From Mobula hypostoma (lineage: Eukaryota), in assembly GCF_963921235.1 (NCBI RefSeq), contig NC_086097.1, forward strand, positions 96,970,001 through 97,034,000: a DNA stretch of 64,000 nt, written 5' to 3'. The translations under genes were made by a program, and so were the position numbers. The notes beneath the pieces were generated by a model. The model ran no database searches, was not told the DNA's origin, and saw nothing but the letters and a program-made list of their open reading frames with translations. Shown here piece by piece: positions 32,330 to 44,355 of the stretch. Each line of letters begins with the position of its first letter. Position 1 is the first letter of the stretch.

Positions 32330-32560
32330 AATCAGGCATTAGGAGCAATTTGCAGAAGCAGATTAACCCACTAACCAGGTACATTAACCCACCAACCAGC
32401 CCTTCTTTGGAAAGCAGGGTGAAACTGGAACATCTGCAGGAAACCCACATAGACCCAGGGACAATATGCAAACTTTACCCAGAGAACACCAGAGTTCAGA
32501 ATCAAACCCAGTTCACTGGCTCTGTGAGGCACGGTCTCTACTTGCTTTGACACTGTGCCT
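32330..32560 (-). mobile_element. V-SINE fragment
   Basis: Reverse V-domain gaaactggaacatctgcaggaaacccac...atatgcaaact. Confidence 0.6.
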
Positions 32561-33779
32561 CCCAGTTCTCAATGCTGGAATCTCCAACCAGAATATCCAC
32601 TCCATCATTACCTACCCCTTTAAGCACTGCCAGAATCTTCTAGTTAACTTCCAGTGAGTGTAAATACAGTCTATTCATTTAACATAGCATAGCATTATAT
32701 CCCCCAACCCAGCCATCAGGGTAGCAAATTAGGCAAATCAGTGACTCTCTACTTCTCCATCTGGTAAGCCAACTCATAGCTGTGTTCCATGTATGACTTC
32801 AACAAAGCTCCGTACAATCAAAGTAAAATATATTTGTACTCTAGTCTCTTTGCCATCATACGATTTTTTTTTCTCTATCACTACGTTACAGCTTTCAATC
32901 TCCAGCGGTCAAAGTCGCACATGTTCCCCACCATTTACTAATTTTTCTACAGTAATATAAACTTCATTCCTTTAATAAAAGGAAGTTACTTCACATTTCT
33001 GCCCTTTATGTCCACATCTGCCAATGACTTGCTGACTCATATTATCAGTCCATATCCTTTCCCATTTAGTAGGCATTAGCAGCAAATGTGAGTGCCTTAT
33101 ACTTGGTCTCTTCATCTAACTCATTAATATGAATCATAAATAACTGAGACCTTCTGATCCAGTAGTAGACTGCCAACTTGAAAATTATCATTTCACCCCT
33201 CCTCGGTTTTCTTTCATTAAGCAATCATCTATTCATTTCCAAATAATGTATTTCTTCTGACTTTATGAGACCTTATACTGTGCAACAATTTTTCAAGTGG
33301 TGCCTTATCTGATGATTTTAAACAATCTAATTACACATCAACCACTGACTTTGTCATGTACCGTGGTTATTACCTCTTGTATCTCATTAAAAGACAAGAG
33401 TCTGACGGGTTTTGACAGGATGGAATATTTCATTTTCTGAGTTATATTAACTCTGTCCAACCATAGCATAATTTCTGAAAAGTGCTCTGTAACCACTTCC
33501 GAAATACTGGATTCTTGTGAACTAATGCTAGCTTGACTGTCTGTAATGTTCCACTTACCTTCTTCCTTTTAAGATACCATTAGGTAAACTTTCCACAACA
33601 TAATTTATAAAGTATCTATCTGGTATATCCTGCTGGGACTGACTTCCTCTGCATGAAACATTCATCAGGTCTCTCCTGCTCAGTAGTTACAATCAATTGA
33701 GATTTCCAAAGTGTACATACTCAAAGATAGTCATAACAATTTGACCGGGCTTGCAAACTGAATGAACCTCTCCAAATTT

Positions 33780-34870
33780 AGCTCATTGTCACACACTGAG
33801 GTCGGAGGACTTCCCTTCCTCGCCATCAACGCTGCCATCAATCGCATCTCTTCCATTTCATGCATGTCTGCTCTTACCCCATCCTCCCACGACCCTACCA
33901 GAGATAGGGTTCCTCTTGTCCTCACCTACCACCCCACCAGCCTCCGTGTCCAGCACATAATTCTCCAAAACATCTGCCACCTCCAACTGGATCCCACCAC
34001 CAAACGCATCTTTCTCTCCCCCCCCCCCACCCCACTTTCTGCTTTCCGCAGGGCTCGTTCCCTACACGACTCCCTTGTCCATTCCTCCCTCCCCACTGAT
34101 CTCCCTTCTGGCACTTATCCTTGCAAACGGAACAAGTGCCACACCTGCCCCTACACTTCCCTCACTACCATTCAGGACTACAAACAGTCCTTCCAGGTGA
34201 GGTGACACTTCGCCTGTGAGTCTGTTGGGGTCACATACTGTGTCTGGTGCTCCTGGTGTGGCCTTCTGTATATCGGTGAGACCCAACGTAGATTGGGAAA
34301 CTGCTTTGCCGAGCATCTGCGTTCCATCTGCCAGGACAAGTGGGATAACTCAGTGGTCACCCAATTTAATTCCACTTCCCATTCCCATTCCGATATGTCC
34401 ATCCATGCCCTCCTTGCTGTTGTGATAAGGCCACACTTAGGTTGGAGGAACAACCCCTTTTATTTCGTTTGGGTAGCCTCCAACCTGATGGCATGAACAT
34501 CAATTTCCCAAACTTCTAGTAATGCCTCCCCCCATCCCCCTTCACCATTTCCTATTCCCTTCTCCCTCTCTCGTGTTACTGCCTTGCCCACCCATGCCTC
34601 TCTCTGGTGCTCCTCTCCCCCGTTTTTTAACTTCTATAGCCTTTTGTCTCTTTCACCAATCAACTTCCCAGCTCTTTGCTTCATTCCTCCCCCTCCAGGT
34701 TTCACCTACCGCCTTGTGTTTCTCTCTCCCCTCCCCTTGCCTTTCAAATCTACTCCTCAGCTTTTTTTCCCCAGTCCTGCTGAAGGGTTTCAGCCTGAAA
34801 CGTCGACTGTACTCTTTTGCATAGATGCTGCCTGGCCTGCTGAGTTCCTCCAGCATTTTGTGTGTGTTGG
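33780..34870 (+). mobile_element. Penelope-like element 3' part (GIY-YIG endonuclease plus pLTR)
   Basis: RVPLVLTYHP; CKRNKCHTC; GVTYCVWCSWCGLLYIGETQRRLG..FAEH (GIY-YIG); pLTR with hammerhead-like motif at 34772-34809. Confidence 0.9.
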
Positions 34871-35187
34871 TCAGTGGACCAGGTACTTTTAAAATTTCAC
34901 ATTTTTTTTTCAGTGCCTGAGATTAATTACCTGTTTAAGAGCACTGCTCTGACCTTTTGGCAATTACTTGAAATTTCCCTGAACTTGATTATCAGTGGTA
35001 TTTTGCTTCCTTACTTCATCCCAAATTCTTTACTAGCAACTGGATGACTGGAATGTGGAATTTTGCTTTGAGGCAGTTTTAACTGTCTTGCTTGCAAGCT
35101 ACATTAGCTCAACTGCTGGGAAAATGATTCAACACTCTTGACTATACAAAGGCAACATATCTGAAAGTGATCACCTTTAGTATCCCA

Positions 35188-35320
35188 AACAACAGGAATT
35201 CTGCAAGATGCTGGAAATTCAAGCAACATACATCAAAGTTGCTGGTGAACGCAGCAGGCCAAGCAGCATCTATAGGAAGAGGTGCAGTCGACGTTTCAGG
35301 CCGAGACCCTTCGTCAGGAC
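35188..35320 (-). mobile_element. 133-bp Penelope pLTR-derived mini-element with 13-bp TSD
   Basis: CTTTAGTATCCCA at 35175-35187 and 35321-35333; near-identical to 43937-44059. Confidence 0.85.
35285..35320 (-). ncRNA. minimal type I hammerhead ribozyme (Penelope-associated)
   Basis: Minus strand GTC-CTGACGA-AGGGTCTCGGCCT-GAAA-CGTC-GAC: intact CUGANGA/GAAA core, stem II, GUC cleavage triplet, stem I GUC/GAC, and palindromic ACGT in place of stem III. Confidence 0.7.
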
Positions 35321-35867
35321 CTTTAGTATCCCATTCTCTTTGTTTATACTCTGAGCAGAGTTTGGGTTGGACTTCAATTAGTAGCAAATTTTACTCTTCA
35401 AATCTCAAAATATCAAGGCCTATGGCAATTATTCTTCATATATGGAAACAGCAAATAGTCCAATACACATTGTTAGTATGCACCATTAGTAGTCTTGGAT
35501 ATATATCAGTATGCTCAAGGTAATAGTTACTTTTCCCCATGTAAAAATGTAATCTCTTTCAAATGCTAATTGTATTGATGCTGGCAAGAAGCAACAACTT
35601 GCATTTGCCTTTAAAGCAATATATACTCACAGATGTATAATTAAAAAAACGAAAGTTGTGAAGTAAGGAAATAGTGAAATGGTTAGGACCAGCTAAGTCA
35701 AAGTCACAACTCTAAAAATGGCTTTAAAATATTACAGGTAGATGAGAGGAAATAAATCTAATATCAATAAATAACTCAAATACTTAACAGCTTTCATAGC
35801 CTCAAGATGTCCCAAACCACTAGGTCTCAAAACATCACAAATGAAAAAAAACTGGAGATACTGGACA

Positions 35868-38800
35868 GCAACACACACAAAATGCTGGAGGAACTCAGCA
35901 GCCCAGGCAGCATCTATGGAAAAGAGTACAGTCGATATTTCGGGCTGAAACCCTTTGGCAGGACTGGAGAGAGAGAAAGGTTAGGAATAGGTTCCAAAGG
36001 CGAGGGGAGGGGAGAGAGAAACACCAGGTGACAGGTGAAACCTGAAAGGGGGGGGAGGGTTGAAGTAAAGAGCTGGGAAGTTGATAGGTGAAAGAGACAG
36101 AATGGGAGAGGAGCACCAGAGGAAGTTGATGAGGAGATGAGGTGAGAAAGAAAAGAGGGGATGGGAAAGGAGGGAGTGGGGGGGCATTACCGGAAGTTTG
36201 AGCAATCAATATTCATGGCATCAGGTTGGAGGTTACCCAAGCGGAATATAAGGTGTGGTTCCTCCAATCTAAGTGTGGCCTCATCTTGACACTGAAGGCG
36301 GCCATGGATAGATATACCTGAATAGGAATGGGAAGTGGAATTCAAATGGGTGGCCAGTGGGAAATCCAGCTTTTCCTGGTGGACAAAGTGTAGGTGCTCG
36401 GCGAAGCGATCTCTCAATCTACGTCCGGTCTCCCCGACACTCAAGAGGCCATACTGGGTGCACGAACGCAGTATATGACCCCCAACAGACTCACAGGTGA
36501 AGTGTTGCCTCACCTGGAAGGACTGTTTATGGTAGGGAGGGAGGAGGTGTAGGGGCCGGTGCAGCACTTGTTCCACTTGCAAGGATAAGTGCCAGGGGGG
36601 AGATCAGTGTGGAGGGACGAATGGGACAAGGGAGTCACATAGGAAGCAGCACCAATGCAGTCGTCAATGTAGCATAGGAAAAGTGCGGGATGGTCACCAG
36701 TGTAGGCTTGGAACATAGGCTGTTCCTTGTAGCCGACAAACAGGCAGGCATAGCTGGGGCCCTTTTTGTTTGAAGGAAATGGGAGGAGCCAAAGGTGAAA
36801 TTACTGAGAGTGACGACAAGTTCCAATAGATGAAGGAGAGAGGAAGTGGAGGGGAACTGGTTAGGTCTGGTGTCCAGAAAGAAAGTGAGAGCTTTGAGGC
36901 CTTCCTGTTGGAGGATGAGGGTGTATAGGGACTGGACATCCAAAGTAAAAATAAGATGATGGGGGCCAGGGAACCTGAAATCCTTGAAAAGAACAAGAGT
37001 GTGTGAGGTGTCACGGATGTAGGTAGGAAGGGACTGAAACAGGGGGAATAAAACAGAGTCGAGGTATGCAGATATGAGTTCAGTGGGGCAGGAACAAGCT
37101 GAAACTATGGGTCTACCTGGACAAGTGGGTTAGTGGATCTTGGGCAGGAGGTAGAAACAGGAGGTGCAGGGTGCAGGAACTATGAGATTGGTGGCAGTGG
37201 ATGGGAGATCCCCAGAGTCAATAAAGTTAGTGATGGTGTGGGAGACAGTGGCCTGATGTTCCTTAGTGGAATCTTGTTCGAGGGGTAGGTAAGAGGAGGT
37301 GCCTGAGAGTTGGTGCTGGGCCTCGGCAAGGTAGAGGTTGGTACACCAGACTACTACAGCACCTACCTTATCTGCGGGTTTGATGGTGAGGTTAGGATTA
37401 GTGCGGAGGGAATGGAGAGCTGAGCATTCAGAAGGAGTAAGGTTGGAGTAGGAGAGAGGAGTGTTGACGTCTTTACGGTTAATGTCCCGTTGGCAGTTGG
37501 CAATGAAAAGATCCAGAGCAGGCAGAAGACCAGGGCTGGGTGTCCAGGAAGAGGAGGTGGGTTGAAGACGGGAGAAGGGGTTATCAGTATGGGGTGGGGA
37601 GTCCTTGCCAAGGAAGTAAACTCTGAGACGGAGGCAGCAGAAGAAAAGCTCAGCGTCGTGGTGGGCGCGGAACTCACTGAGGCGTGGGTTCAGGGGGACA
37701 AAAGTGAGGCCTTTGCTGAGGACAGAATGTTCTGTCTCAGAGAGGGGAAGGTCAGTGGGAATGCTGAAGACCTGGCATGGATGACAGCTGGAATTGGAGG
37801 GGAAAGGGGATTGGTTGTGTCTGAGGGGAAGGGAGGTTTGGGGTGTTCAGGGATGGTAGGGTGAGAGGAAGGTGGAGTCTTCGAGGAGCCAGGAGCTGGA
37901 GTTAGGACCTGAGAGAGACGGGATTGCAGCGTGGCGGTGGGAGAAGGGGAGTCGGGGGTTCCAGAGGCAGTGTGTGAAGACCTGGCCTGGAGGTCAAGGC
38001 CAGAGCCGGAGGTGGAGTTGAAGGTGTCCGAGGTCATTGATGGCGGTGGAGTCAGGCTATGATTCTGCTCTGGATTGTTTGAGCCATTAAGGTCAGCAGC
38101 AGGGATCGCGGTCTGGAGATATTGAGGCCTGCCGGCATTGAAGACAGCAGGTTCGGTGGTCTGTAGACGGGCGATCTTCCGATCCTTTCAGAACATGAGA
38201 AAGTCAAAGAACCGGCGACTGAAAGCGTGGATCCCGCGGAGGATAAAGTCCATTACAGGCACCAGAGAGAGAATCCCAGAGTTGTGGAAGTGACTGTGAT
38301 AGGGACACCAGGTACCTCTTCAAGGTGCAAAACAAGGCCCAAACGCGGTGGGAGAAGCAGTCAATTGAATGTGAGTACCTGGGGTCCTCAGAGGATCCAA
38401 ATTGAGAAGCTCAAAAACGAATTTGGAAACCATGTTGTACAACCTGGTGGTGAAGACATGTTCCCAGAAAGAATACATGGCTGCGGTAGCAGGTCTGAGT
38501 AAAACAGTCAAAGTCTGTCCCGAGCCTTTGTTGCCCATCAGGCCGGTGCTTATGCCGGTTTCTGTGACGTGAAGCGATTGAGAGTACGAGACTCCCCCCC
38601 CCCCGCCCCCCCGGATAGGACACCAGTCTATCGTGAGGTTAATCCCTGGTATTTTTGCCGGTACCTATTTTCAGCTGGGTGGACTGGAGCATTGTGTGGT
38701 TAAGTGCCTTGCTCAAAGACGCAGCACGCTGTCTTAGCCAAGACTTGAACCCACGACCTTCAGATCATGAGCCCGATGCCCTAACCACTTGGCCACGCGC

Positions 38801-38998
38801 CACACAGGTCTGCGTAAGCATGTGGTCAAAGAGTCGGAGAGCACCAGGGGTCACAGAGGGCGAGCAGTGTGACAGGATTTCACTGAACTCCGGTTGACAG
38901 GAAGATTTAAACTTCTTCAGGGTAGGCACCCCTGGAAGAAACTTCGCAGTGCAGTGATCCAATTACAAACAAGAGAAATCTGCAGATGCTGGAAATCT
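35868..38998 (-). mobile_element. near-full-length degenerate Penelope-like element (RT plus GIY-YIG, pLTR at both ends)
   Basis: MDVQSLYT, YIDDCIG, LLSVGETGRRLRDRFAEH; full pLTR at about 35868-36190 and pLTR remnant at 38966-38998; SINE insertion at 38498-38804. Confidence 0.88.
38498..38804 (-). mobile_element. tRNA-derived CORE-type SINE inserted in the Penelope element
   Basis: A box tggccaagtgg, B box gggttcaagtc, CORE-like ttgagcaaggcacttaacc; CAGGTCTG TSD at 38490-38497 and 38805-38812. Confidence 0.8.
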
Positions 38999-39118
38999 TA
39001 AAATATTCTCTAGGAGAAGTTACTGTTGTGATGTAGGAAAGGCAGTTGTTAATTAGCTCAAAACAGCAGCCTCATCTGAAATACAGGACCTCAGACAGCG
39101 TTAAGGCCACTGGTCTTA

Positions 39119-39847
39119 AGGCTGACTTATACCTGTGCTTCAAATGTACGCCGTAGCCTCGTACCCTATGCTGTACTCTATGCAGAACCCTACGCTGTAG
39201 CCCAATGCGCACCTCTCCCAAAATGTTACTGCGCGTCGTGGTGACGCAGACCAAAACAACCGTGATTGGTCTGCTTGGTAGCATTGCATTTCCTCCTACG
39301 CTGCAATAGCTTCCCATTGGGTGACTGAAGGGCAGAGAAGGAACTCTGGCTGCAATGCTTTCCATAAAGCTTTACAGACCTCTGAAATTATGGAGGACCC
39401 TGTGCTTGACGCCAGTTTGTAGCTAGCAGCTACAGCCTGTTGACTTCCACCTGAAGCTAAAACTCGAATGGTGATTGCCAGTCTCTGAGTATACTCTGTG
39501 TACACTGATGCGAAATAAATGGTTGGAGACGATGAACCAAATCGTCAAATCTACCTGCTGACATCCGAAAATATTTGAAATGCATTTCCTTGTCCATGTC
39601 TGTCAATGGCCGGACAAGCACAGAAAATTCACCCTCCTTCAGTTTCAGTCGTCATTGTTTGAAGTTTGAGTTTCTTCGTGTTGAGTTTCAACGCAGTGGC
39701 ATAGAAACCCCACCACCAACTCACGTTTTGGCGGTGAATTGCAGAGCAACACAGACACACCAACACACAAGTATAAAAGCTCACAACGGCGTAGCCCACT
39801 TGCGTAGGCTATGGTGTAAGCTTGTACACACAAGTATAAATCAGCCT
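39119..39847 (-). mobile_element. PIF/Harbinger internally deleted DNA transposon
   Basis: TIRs aggctgacttatacctgtg / cacaagtataaatcagcct with TTA/TAA-type flank; transposase HTH fragment [42 protein letters not shown]. Confidence 0.85.
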
Positions 39848-41749
39848 CAAGACGTGATGGTCTTTTTGGTTCCCAAGGAGAGTTCTATCCACTGAGGCAT
39901 ACTTGTGCAAAGCCATGCTGAAACATGGGACCTATTTGATTTAAGGTGATGTATATTGTTTGTGGTGTAAATAGGAAGGGAAGCACTAAGGAGCTGATTG
40001 AGAGAAACAGAGACTTAGGAGGAGTAAGTTGTAAAACTCACAGCAAAGGACCATTCACCACAGCTATGGCACAGTGCTCACAGGCAGTTTAGAATTTAGA
40101 AATCAGTTATGTTGGACACTAGTTTGGCCTGGGCTAGAATGCTGTCTGTATTCAGTTTTGTTGCTGACCAGTATACTTTGTTGGCTTACCTACTATGAAA
40201 CAGAGGGAGGCTACTCAAACCATCAGTTTCCATGCCATCTCTCAGCAGAACAATCCCGTTTGCCCGCTTATTTCTCCATGATCTTGCAATTTTCTCACAA
40301 CTTCAACCTCGATTCTTCTCCTGCTGCTTGACTTTGCTGTGAGGTCATGTGGGGGAGCCAGTGTGGTTGTTGGACATGAGGGCAATTGGTGCACCTAGGG
40401 GCACACAGTACGAGGGGGAACATTCAAATGGCACACTGATAGCTCCAAGGTCTTCTTCAAACCTGGGTCACTGAAGCTGAGAGGCTAGTGTTCTGCTTTG
40501 CTAAAATAAACTTAGAGACATTTATCCAAAATGTTGCAGCAGGAAGCATTTATGAAAACGCTAGTGAGCAAATATGTGATTGTGCCATTCTGCCAAGGGG
40601 GGGTCACAAATAATGTCCTAAGTGACAAGCTAATGGCAACTGACCAAATACCCAAATCAAGGCCGAACAGGTGCTGGACATATTCATAGACATGAACCAT
40701 TTCTATTTTTGCCAGTGTTTGGGTGACCTCTTAACCATGGAAATATGTTGATTTATTTTCCTTTAGAAACATTTTGTTTTGATTCTGTGACTGGAACTAA
40801 AGCACAGTTTTTTTGATATGGTTATGAGCTGAAGTATTAGATTGTACCAAGATGTGACACTCCCATTCAATAATCTGCGGCACACTTTCTGGAGCTGGGG
40901 ATTTATGTTTAAGCTGAAATGCGAAGGCATCTGAAAGTCATTCAAGCAGGAGTACTGTTGCTTTTTCTTCACTGAAAACGTCAGTAGAATCACATAAATA
41001 GGTATCCCAGGCCATTAATGATTTTACCAATAATGTTGCTAATGAATGACAAGTACTGTAATACCAAATACAATACCTCAGCTCAGATGGTAAGACATGT
41101 ACAATGGAAAAGGATCGAGCATTCATACAAACCCATGCTGCATGCAGAATACTGTTCCTAGATCTGATTCACTTTTTGTTTGGACTGCTTTGTCCTTGTT
41201 AGGATGAGCCTAATGGTCTAATTCTGCTCCTATGTCTTATGGTTGTCCCAGACTAGAAAGCATAATACCCAGCAGAGCTTCAGAAAGTTTTCTATTGATA
41301 TTCAGTGCACAAAGTTTGATGCTTTGAGACTGATTTGCAAGTCAGAGCAGAACACTGTTCCCAAGGCCATTGTTATCATGAGACGGTCTGCAGTCTATGT
41401 GTTAATGGACCTCTGTACTGCCAAATTGTACACAACAATTGCTGAAACACAATGTAAAAAAAAAATTCCAATAGGAACACAAGTTTACCGCAAACCTTAC
41501 CTGGAGGTTCAAGGGCTGCTTCATTGTTAAAGGCCGGCCCTTACCTGCTGCTACTGGAGAGACCAAAATGTCCATGTTCTGTCAGGTCCTTTGTTAACTT
41601 CGCCATGTCCTGAATATCACAGCACAGTCATGCCCCCCACCACCATCATTTACCCTATACCATACAGTCCCCCTTCCCACTCACTGACATCAGCCCCAAT
41701 CCACCCACGAACACCCTCCCCTCGCCACCTCCCAACATTTACCTTTCCC

Positions 41750-42630
41750 ATACCCATTACTACCTCTCCAGCATTATTTTCCAGTGTTCCAGTATCCAGT
41801 CTCACCTCTCTTTTACTCTATATCTCTGAAAAAAAAAACTTTTGGTATCCTTTTTGATTTTATTGGCTGGTTTTCCTTCATATTTAATCTTTCTCTCCTT
41901 ATGGCATTTTTTTTTGTTGTCTTCTATTGGTTTTCAAAAGCTTCTCAAATCTGGTTCATTTCACAACACCCAGTCCAGGACTACAAGATCATCTATCTTA
42001 TTCCGTATATTGCGTGCATTCAAATATAATACCATCGGTCCTGTATTCATCATTCTTTTTAATTTTGCCCCAATGTTACACTGTATCTCATCCCACAGAC
42101 TGCAATTTTGCCCTATCATCTGCCTGCCCTTCCTCACAGTCTCACAACACACTGCATCTACTTGTATACCAACTACCCCATCCTCAGCCCCATCACTGGG
42201 GTTCCCATCCCCCTGACAATTTAGTCTAAACCCTCCCCAACAGCTCTAGAAAACCTGCCCATAAATACATTGGTCCCCCTCTGGTTCTGGTGTAACCTGT
42301 CCTTTTATACAGGTCATACCTTTTCCAGAACAGGTCCTAATGATCTGGATATCTGAAATCACCCTGTTCTTACCCTCACTAGTATGTGGCACAGACAACA
42401 ATCCAGAGATTACTACCCTGGAGGACCTGACTTACAGCTTTCTACCTAACTCCCTATATTCTCTCTTCAGGACCTCCACCCTTTTCCTACTTATGTTGTT
42501 GGTACCAATATTTTTCGACGACTTCTGGCTGCTCACACTCCCCCTTAGAATACTGTGGACCTGGTCCAAGACATCCCTGACCTTGGCATCTAAGAGGCAA
42601 AATATTATCCAGGTATCTTTTTCATTGTAA
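41750..42630 (-). mobile_element. old CR1 5' fragments (ORF1 and start of endonuclease)
   Basis: VLYLNARNIRNKIDDL endonuclease start; ORF1 esterase remnants. Confidence 0.7.
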
Positions 42631-43329
42631 AAGGTACTATAGACATATAATCAGAAAAAGTTCAAAAAGATAATGTGGGTTTCATATACACTGAGAGAGG
42701 AGACATTACTTTGAGGATTAAATAAATGGCCAAGAAAGAAATTGTGTTTTTGTTTCTACCTTTAGAGGAGAAAACACAAAAAAAGCCTCCTTGGAGACAG
42801 TGGAGGACAATATTTTTGGAGTCATAATTAAATGGTAGGGCAGAGGCAAGGTCCAAATGGCCTATCCCTACTTTTTTCCTCATCTTCTTATGTTCTTATA
42901 CTCCATGCAAAGGGCAATATGAACAGAAGAATTGTCTTCTGTGATGAGCACTGGTCTGAAACAGTAAGTTCTCCCAGCTGACTCATGTATTGTTAAACTC
43001 AGTCAGGAACAATCAGAGAAACATTACAAACCATAACACCTACTCAAAAGCACAGGGGAGAACATTTTCTCCAATTGCTGTCATACACATAGGTTTCCTG
43101 ATAGGTTTGTTCCAATTCTATTGCAGACTATCAATATGATGAATAGAACAGAATATATACTGCACAATCCAATAAAGATTATAGTTGTTCCTGAAGGCTA
43201 GGAAAATGGTTCAGTGCCAGGTTAATTTTTAACCCTAGTGCACATACAAAGATGCAAGGGGAGATATTCACAATCCACACTTTACATAGACATTTGCCTA
43301 CAAGCAATCTGCTCTTTGGTAGCTCATCA

Positions 43330-43912
43330 CACAAATCATTGTGTGCCATATACAGTTTGCTTATGCTGCATTAATGCAAAGAAACATTCTCTGTGTAGGT
43401 ACAACAGAAAGCATTCTCTCTGGATGCATAATAAGGCAACTGCTCTGCATGTGACCACAAAAAACTGCAGTGTTGTGGACATCATGGAAGACATCTTCTC
43501 CTCTACGGACTCTGACTTTACTTCTTTCTGCCTCAGAAAAGCAGTCAACATAATTAAAGACCCTACCCACCCGACCATCTCTTTCCGCCTTTTCCATTGG
43601 GCAGAAGATACAAAATCCTAAAGGCAATTACCACCAGGCTCAAGAAAAATTTCTGCCACAGAGTTATATGACTACTAAATGGTAGTGCAATAATTTGGAT
43701 TCTTGACCTCACAATCTGCAGTACCTTCTCATGAATTTGAACTTTATTGTTTACCTACATTACACTTTCTCGTCGCTGTTTCACTTTATTCTGCATTCTG
43801 ATATTGTTTTATCTTGTCCTCCCTCAGCACCTTGTGTAGTAATCTGATCTGTATGAACCAAATGTAAGACAAGTTTTCCACTGTATCCCCACAAATGACA
43901 ATAATAAACCAA
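43330..43912 (+). mobile_element. Rex1-type LINE 3' fragment
   Basis: CLRKAVNIIKDPTHP motif plus 3' UTR ending acaataataaac. Confidence 0.7.
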
Positions 43913-43936
43913 TAACTAACCTATAACCGATACCTG

Positions 43937-44059
43937 AGTCCTGACGAAGGGTCTCGGCCCGAAACATCGACTGTCCCTCTTCCTAGAGATGCTACCTGGC
44001 CTGCTGCGTTCACCAGCAACTTTGATGTGTGTTGCTTGAAATTCCAGCATCTTGTGTTT
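43937..44059 (+). mobile_element. second copy of the hammerhead-headed Penelope mini-element
   Basis: AGTC-CTGACGA-AGGGTCTCGGCCC-GAAA-CATC-GACT followed by the same body as 35188-35320. Confidence 0.8.
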
Positions 44060-44355
44060 ACCTAATCTAATGCCTACCCTGCTATAGACTGACAGGACGG
44101 TTCCCTAACCTAACCCCTCTCTACTGCCAGAATTGGACAGGCCCATGCTCCATCTTTGCTCTTCCTCTGATTGCCTGAAATGGCAATAATTAATTATTCG
44201 GCTTTGGGAGAAAATGCCAAGGCAGGTTTCCAACACACGCCTTGTGTTAGGCCGAATCCCATCAAGAGTGTAGAATGAATGAGGAGGAATATTCACCTGG
44301 CTGAGGGGAGGAGGAATGGGAGGGTGATGGTAGAACATAGAACATAGGGATAGGG

